From: Octopus sinensis
Taxonomy: Eukaryota
Direction of reading: 5' to 3'
Length of the DNA stretch: 64,000 bases
Assembly: GCF_006345805.1 (NCBI RefSeq)
Contig: NC_042998.1
Location: forward strand, 44,020,001 to 44,084,000
Positions 56,470-64,000 of the stretch are shown piece after piece. Made by a program: the position numbers and the translations under genes. Below the pieces are notes generated by a model. It did no database searches, was not told the origin of the DNA, and saw nothing but the letters and a program-made list of their open reading frames with translations. Numbering within the stretch: the first letter of the stretch is position 1; each line of letters begins with the position of its first letter.

Positions 56470-57015
56470 TGGCTTTCTTTCTCCATACATTTCGGAAAAA
56501 TGAGTATTTTTGAATGAAATTTTCTTCAGACAACTTTCAGAAAGTGTAAATTACGATTGTCGAAATATGAGAATGAAATTTTCTACAAATAACTTTCAGA
56601 AAGAGTAAATTACGATTTTGTCGAAATATGAGAAGAGAAAAGCGATAAGCACATATACATACATACATACATACATACATACATACATACATACATACAT
56701 ACATACATACATACATGCATACATACATACATACATACATGCATACATACATACATACATACATACATACATACATACATACATACATACATACATACAT
56801 ACATACATACTGACCTGCAGTACAATGTTTTTTGAAACTTCAAGTTTCATTTTGTGATACCGCTGAATATTCATGAGAGCGAGCCCACTATTTCTTCTCT
56901 TTTTTGTTTTTATATATTAAATTCCCATGTAATCTTAATCTACACACTCTGAAAGGTATCTGTAGAAAATGTCATTAAAAGATCTCCATTTTCCTGGAAG
57001 TTATGAAGAAACAAA
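56470..57015. mobile_element. MITE-like element with imperfect TIRs and an internal (TACA)n tract
   Basis: aatgaaattttcttcagacaactttcagaaagtgtaaatta pairs with taatctacacactctgaaaggtatctgtagaaaatgtcatt; local ~58 bp duplication at 56514/56573. Confidence 0.55.
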
Positions 57016-57537
57016 ATCGGTGGCGGGGGACACAACTATGTAGGTATGTTAAGCAATGAAATATTATTTTTTTTATAGAACTCCACAAAGCATGTAACAG
57101 TTGAAAACTTAAAATTTAAAGCAGCCAAATGTATGATGAAATATTATAAAGCAATTGTTAGAAGAATGTACATTTAATATAGCAAAAAATTAATGGTGAA
57201 TTACTGAAGAATATTAACTTGAGATAAAAATACAATGGAATATAAGCTGTAATAGAGATATTCAAATATAATAAATTCAAATGACAACTTATTCGTGTTC
57301 GTTCATGCGCATAAGCTGTAGTTCGGTAATGGACACTTCCTTCCCGTCGGGGCAAGTATAAAAGAGGTTATTGCATATCATTGGGCGTGCGATACCGGAA
57401 GTCCAATATAAAGACGTATTTCAAAAAAAATTATATCGAAGATACATACATATGTACGTGCAAAATACATAGATATATAAACATATAGATAGATAGATAG
57501 ATAGATACATACATACATGCATAGACAGAGAGACAGG

Positions 57538-57576
<39 letters not shown>

Positions 57577-57612
57577 GCAGACAGACAGACAGATAGATAG
57601 ACAGATAGATAG

Positions 57613-57667
<55 letters not shown>

Positions 57668-57688
57668 TAGATAGATAGATAGATAGAT

Positions 57689-57719
<31 letters not shown>

Positions 57720-58121
57720 GGCTTATATATTAATTCATTATCTCTGTTTTTTAACAATTTCCAACAGAAGCTTTCATATGAAATTGTATAGTGTATCAAT
57801 CATATATCTGAAATACTCGATTAGTTTCGGCGTATTATCATACATCTATAACACCTGTTTGAAATTACTGTCCGTGTTTCTCTAATGGATATCACACATA
57901 GTATTCTGAAACACATTTTTCCTATGAAACTTTTGTTTAGCTGTCTACATTTAGTGATGCTTTTTTAAATCATTTTATTCAAAACAACACCTCTCATATA
58001 ATTTGAATTATGTTATTCATGTACCACATATATAAATGAAAATAATGGGAACTATATTTAATTATTGAAAATTTTAGAACATTCAGTTTCGTTATTTTTT
58101 CGCTTTAATTTCTCTCAGCGT

Positions 58122-58205
58122 TTTATTATCATTATCATCATCATCATCGTCATTATTATTATCATTATTATCATTATTATTATTATTATTATTTTATTAT
58201 TATTA

Positions 58206-58256
<51 letters not shown>

Positions 58257-58279
58257 TATTATTATTATCATCATCATCA

Positions 58280-58331
<52 letters not shown>

Positions 58332-58367
58332 AATAATATTATATTATTATTATTATTATTATTATTA

Positions 58368-58419
<52 letters not shown>

Positions 58420-58445
58420 CATCATCATCATCATCATCATCATCA
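58122..58445. repeat. (ATT)n/(ATC)n microsatellite
   Basis: Direct reading. Confidence 0.98.
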
Positions 58446-59027
58446 ATATTATTGTTTTAGACGAATCTCTATATAATTGAGTCGATAGTGAAGTGAGCTA
58501 TTATTTCATACTCTTCACTATGGTATAAACTGATAAGCGAAAAGTTTGTGGTGATCATTTCATTGTCACATTTTAATGGCTGTTAACATTTGATTTGTTT
58601 TGAGTTGTATTTAGATATTATTATCAATTGCATGTGTAGGTGTTGATTTAATTTAGAATACCTTACAAGTTTGTGTCTGTCAAGTTCTATTCTTTCAATT
58701 TTTAAATTTTTTAGTTATCAATTGCTGTTTTATGATGTGATAAAAAATACAATACTATTTTGTGGTTATGTGATAAGCTTTACTTTGCGAGAAAATTCCA
58801 TCGAATAATCAAATGATTTATAATTTATAAACTACGCAACGCGTTGGTTAATGGTATACTCATATATATATATATATGCAATATATAACTGTCAGTAAAT
58901 GTGACAAGGGTATCAGATGTTTCTAGAATAAGAGCTAAAATGCTTTAATACTGGAATCAAGGCACGTAATTGTATACGTATACAATGACGGGGGCTACAA
59001 TCATCCGATATACACTGATCGAGAACT

Positions 59028-59078
59028 CCCTAGACTAACCGGTGAGATTCGGCAATTTCCGTTGCCTCATCAGTAAGG
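59028..59078 (-). ncRNA. Hammerhead ribozyme, slightly decayed
   Basis: CCUUA CUGAUGA GGCAA-cggaaa-UUGCC GAA uCUcACCGGUUAGU C UAGGG; A15.1 is mutated. Confidence 0.65.
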
Positions 59079-59331
59079 AATCCCCAACTTCGGCAAGTTC
59101 CGGACTTAATTCTCAGTCAATATATATGTTTTCATCATAAAAATCTTTGGATGATTTACCTAATTGCTAATATGTATAAAGAAAATTAATATAGACAGCG
59201 GTCTGCAATGTTTCACCAAAAAAGAAAACGATAATTGTCACTAAATGTGACTAGGGTGTTGGAAACAGTTTTTCCTCTTGGTAAAAAATTACAGACTGAT
59301 GTCTATATTAATTTTATATACACACACATAT

Positions 59332-59379
<48 letters not shown>

Positions 59380-59550
59380 CGTATGTTCGTGTGTTTGTGT
59401 GAATTGTACCTGCATACGCGCGGGCGTGTGTGTGAATCTGAATATATATGAATAACTACACATGTATATATGTATATGTATGCATATACATATATATATA
59501 TATATATATATAGATAGATAGATATATATTACACACACACACACACACGC

Positions 59551-59595
<45 letters not shown>

Positions 59596-59661
59596 TAAGA
59601 TTTAGCTTAATTATGTACGTAAGTTGAAGCACCAAGTCAGTCCGGTTTTAACTGCACAGTA

Positions 59662-59736
59662 AGGTACGACCGTTTCAACCAAGTCTATTTAATTGAACAA
59701 TGCAATCATTACATCAATTTAAATTCATCAGTACCT
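59662..59736 (-). ncRNA. Hammerhead-like motif next to (TA)n
   Basis: AGGUA CUGAUGA [long AU-rich stem II] GAA ACGGU C gUACCU; the stem I register is off by one. Confidence 0.55.
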
Positions 59737-59845
59737 GATATCCTGTTGCTTATTTTGATTTTATATACATATATACATTCATACATACATACATACATAC
59801 ATACATACATACATACATACCCACACACACGCACACACACACACA

Positions 59846-59904
<59 letters not shown>

Positions 59905-59924
59905 TGTATATATTATTTAACTTT

Positions 59925-60305
59925 GCAGTAATTTAACTACAGCCACCAAGTTGGGGCAATTCTTGAAGAATTTTAGTCACACGAATCGATCCCTGTATTT
60001 TACGTTTTTAAGCATCGTACTTATTCTGTAGGTTTCTTCTACCGAACTGCTAACTTACAGGAATGTAAACACACCAACGTCTTATGTCAAAAAAGTAGTG
60101 GGACAACCACAGACACAAATACACACAGACACTCATACACACACACACGTCCGAAAAGCTTCTTTAAATTTCTGTCAATGAAATGCACTCACAAAGCTTC
60201 GGTGGCTGTGGTTTTAGTGGAAGAGAGACAGTTGCCCGATGTACCATCCAATGTGACAGCACCCGGAAGCATATGTATGGAAAGGATACTCACCACACAG
60301 CTACG
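59925..60305 (-). mobile_element. Decayed SINE family A
   Basis: Colinear patchy similarity to 60784-61158. Confidence 0.7.
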
Positions 60306-60783
60306 ACAGTATACTGAATGAATGTTTAGAATTATTAAGACAATTCTGGTGGAAAACCAGCACCATACTTCTGTCTATGATCAGTGTAGAGTATTGCAGA
60401 AAAGAAACCTAAAATAGCCTCAATTTACATGATTTATTTTCTGCCGTTCTATCTTGGAAACTCTAAGATAACGAATGGCTTTCAGATAACTCCGCTGGTG
60501 CTGTTGCCTGTTCTGGGAACAACTGCGTGGTACTTATATCTATCAGATAAGTTATGATAAGGTATGTGGCACAAAGAAGATGTACGTTTCTTTTTTCTTT
60601 ATCTATTTGAAAAAAAAAGAGAACAGGTCTGCTGAGACAATACAAGCAGCATTATACTTACAACATCATGTCAGGTGTTAACTATATAGCTCAAGGTGAG
60701 AGCGCTTCAGTTTATAATGTTTAGTGTACCAAAGGAGCATAATCTGTGTAGCTCGGTAAGCGTTCACGCTTAACTAGTTACTC

Positions 60784-61158
60784 TTTTACTCTTTTGCTTG
60801 TTTCAGTCATTTGACTGCGACCATGCAGGAGCACCGCCTTTACTCGGGGAAATCGACCCCAGGACTTCTTCTTTGTAATCCTAGTACTTATTCTATCGGT
60901 GACTTTTGCCGAACCGCTACATTACGGGGACGTAAACACACTAGCATCGGTTGTCAAGCGATGTTGGGGAGGATACATAAACACACACATATATATTTAC
61001 ATATACATATATACGACGGGCTTCTTTTCAGTTTCCGTCTACCAAAGCCACTCACAAGGCTTTGGTCGGCCTCAGGCTATAGTAGAAGAAACTTACCCAA
61101 GGTGCCACGCAGTGGGACTGAACCCGAAACTATGTGATTGGTAAGCAAGCTACTTACC
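60784..61158 (-). mobile_element. tRNA-derived SINE family A
   Basis: Homologous to 38297-38743. Confidence 0.9.
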
Positions 61159-61769
61159 ACACAGCCACTCCGGGGCCTAGTTACATGAAAATAATTAAAC
61201 ATCATTCCATGTGAAACTAATATACGTGAGACGAAATGAAATTATTAATGTACGTCAAACTAAATGCAACGTTCACTGTTCTTAGTTTTTATCTCCGCAA
61301 TAGACCGATTTTAGCAAAACCGGAGCACCAAATAAAAAAAATTCTTAAAATCATAATTGTGTTTTGGTAACAAGGAAAGTGAGAAACTTAATACCAAAAT
61401 AAAAAACCTATTCGACATACTTGTGATCACACCTTCTTTTCACAGCAATGGATATAAATCGTTACTTATGAAAATTACATTGAAAACTTCGCATTATACC
61501 ATTTTGTTATTTCACTATATATAATTTATCTCATCCTTCAACAGACGTGTTGAGTGTATCCAACGGATTATCTATTCCGTTTGAAAATAAAGGTTCTAAA
61601 ATGTACGCGTATTATTATACATGGGAAACTAAAATTGATATGGCACGTATCTAATACTTTATTACTGCACGGACGTTGCTTTCAGCTTTCACATGGGTGC
61701 ACGGTGACATAGGTAGAAAACACGAAATATAAGCGCGTGCGATAATATATGCACGCAAATAAATATGCG

Positions 61770-61836
<67 letters not shown>

Positions 61837-62034
61837 TATAATGCATAAATATATAGACAGATGCATAAATAGACATAAATACATGCATTTACATATATAC
61901 ATGTACATACGGGTACACACACATAAACACTTATATATGGATTGGGTTGGTTTGTCTATGTTCGATCCATTGCAACGTACATATATACATACATATATAC
62001 ATATATATATACATGTATATATACATATATATAT

Positions 62035-62080
<46 letters not shown>

Positions 62081-62139
62081 CATATATATATGCATATATA
62101 TATATATACATAAACATATGTGACATATATATAAATGTA

Positions 62140-62211
<72 letters not shown>

Positions 62212-62221
62212 ATATACACAC

Positions 62222-62360
62222 AAAAGATGAAGACACGAAGACAGGTGTATGGACAACAAGCAAGTGTTTCGGTTTGACGCTCGGGTGAAATGGAGGTCAT
62301 TTACGTTTCGAGCCCACGCTCTTCAATAGAAAGGAATAAGAGAAATTAAAATTAAACAGA
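62222..62360 (-). mobile_element. PLE pLTR-like 3' end with hammerhead-like motif, adjoining (TA)n
   Basis: Minus strand uUGAAGAGC-guGG-GCUC GAAACGUA; homologous to 17040-17165. Confidence 0.55.
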
Positions 62361-62469
62361 TAACTTGTGTGTGTATTTAATAGATATACCTGCATTACCA
62401 TAAACTGTACAATTTTCCGTCATAGAAATTAGCTATTCCATAGCTAAAAAGATGTGTGCTGCTATAGTT

Positions 62470-62912
62470 TTTTGCATATTCAAATTAAAAGCTACACGCC
62501 AATCTTTCTGAATTGAAATGTCAGTAAAAGTTATGGAACGAATTGTTACAAAGAAACTGATAATGGTCCTATTTATCAATACGCAGCATGACTTCTGTCC
62601 AGGGTGAAGAAGCCTAACCCAGCTTTCACTGCATTATGACTGGCTTTGAAGCAACTATTTGGCCATTTAAATGTTGATTAGATATATCTTGACGCCGCAA
62701 AGGCATTTGATAAGGTGGGTCGTGGCAGGATATGTCAAAACCTGCAAAGCCTTGGAAAGCTGGTAAACTGTGGAATTAGCTGTATTACTTCCTAAATGAT
62801 AGAAGTCAGCCAGTTGAGCAAATGGTGCCCTGTCTGAGGAAAACACAAATTCATCGTGGCAATACCCAGGGAACCGTCTTGGTGCCATTGCTGTTTATAG
62901 TAGCTCTATTAA
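62470..62912 (+). mobile_element. Decayed CR1/L2-type RT fragment
   Basis: KVMERIV, QHDF.PG, IYLDAAKAFDKV, QGTVLVPLLFIVAL. Confidence 0.75.
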
Positions 62913-62995
62913 ACGTATACATATACTGTAAGGGTGGTTTGTTAGCAATTATTTTACCGAGAGGCAAAAAAGAATATACGCCACTAAAGCTTTAT

Positions 62996-63492
62996 TCAGC
63001 ACCAGTATTGCTTGAAATAAGGTAAGCTCTCTAAGCACCGGGCAAGGCCAGATCACCACTGATTTCGCATTTACATTAATGCTCGTCAATGGCTCTTACC
63101 AGAGCCTTGGGATAAACTCAACTCACCTTGTTAGCTTATAAGATCACCGTAGAAATCATACGCTGATTTCAGTCGCTTTAGTGATATACATATTGTTGGA
63201 TCTCAGTTGAAAAATTGTTAACAAGCTACCCTTATGTATAATTTACATCTTTGCCATTTATGAAATCAGCGTATAATTTCTACGGTGATCCTATCAGCTT
63301 ACTAGGCGAGTTGAGTTTAACTAAAGGCACCGGTGAGAGCCACTGACAAGCATTAATATAAATGCGAAATCACTAGTGATCTGGCAATGCTCAATGATTC
63401 GAGAGCATGCCTCCCTTGACAGTCAATCAGATGGTGCTTATTGTGGCTATGAGTTGCCTTGACTCTTATTTCTAGCTGTACTGGTGCTGACT
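62996..63492. mobile_element. Diverged head-to-head foldback with a hammerhead in each arm
   Basis: gatcaccgtagaaatcatacgctgatttca pairs with tgaaatcagcgtataatttctacggtgatc; cagcaccagta pairs with tactggtgctg. Confidence 0.88.
63339..63385 (+). ncRNA. Hammerhead ribozyme (two-arm consensus core CUGACGA)
   Basis: GCCA CUGACaA GCAU-uaauauaa-AUGC GAA AUCACUAGUGAU C UGGC. The mirror copy on - at 63047-63093 has uUGACGA. Confidence 0.78.
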
Positions 63493-63849
63493 AGCCCTCT
63501 CAGTCGCTTTATATATATGACGGGGTGGTGGATATACACATATATACTTATGCACAGAGAGATGCATACAGATATTTGATACACTTATACACTTGAACAC
63601 AGACAGGTATACATAGACTCATGCGTGCAGATATCTCCACACATAAATACTTAAACACAGACAGGCAAAATAATGAACACACGTTTAATGTTATTTTCAT
63701 CGGTTTAAATTAATTAGATTTTGTGCTTACTAGCACATATTTATTCACTTTTCTCTTGTCATTTCAGTGTAATACACTTTAATAGTGCTATTATTGAGAT
63801 ACTAGTTCTTACTAATTCGATATGTGCCTGGACATTTCATCCCACCTCT

Positions 63850-63891
<42 letters not shown>

Positions 63892-63969
63892 GCATATATA
63901 TACATATACATATTATCCAAATATATATACACGTACAACGTTTACATATTCAGTATATACATACATACA

Positions 63970-64000
<31 letters not shown>

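Noticed and set aside
60428-60605. Possible minus-strand exon (pyrimidine tract plus AG, then GTAAAT)
   Set aside because: All three frames contain stops and no domain is recognisable; a non-coding exon cannot be excluded.

Overview
This is AT-rich, microsatellite-saturated eukaryotic DNA with no host protein-coding exon I can support. The SINE families and repeat landscape resemble an octopus/coleoid cephalopod genome; that is inferred from recall, not from a search. The window is mostly transposon debris: R4/Dong-type LINE 3' fragments chained through (TAA)n, Penelope-like (Neptune-type) RT/GIY-YIG fragments, CR1-, RTE- and L1/Tx1-type LINE pieces, mariner remnants, a non-autonomous Helitron, a probable Chapaev3-like remnant, foldback MITEs and tRNA-derived SINEs. 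The most notable signal is a dense, sequence-diverse set of minimal type I hammerhead ribozyme motifs with palindromic stem III, mostly next to (TA)n. Several sit in head-to-head palindromic cassettes (about 28.5-29.2, 35.4-35.9, 46.4-46.9 and 63.0-63.5 kb). A second signal is a decayed ORF at 5.5-6.6 kb combining a 2A-like motif, a PLE-like N-terminal motif and a Ulp1/SENP-type protease. All folds and alignments were done by eye, and element boundaries are approximate.
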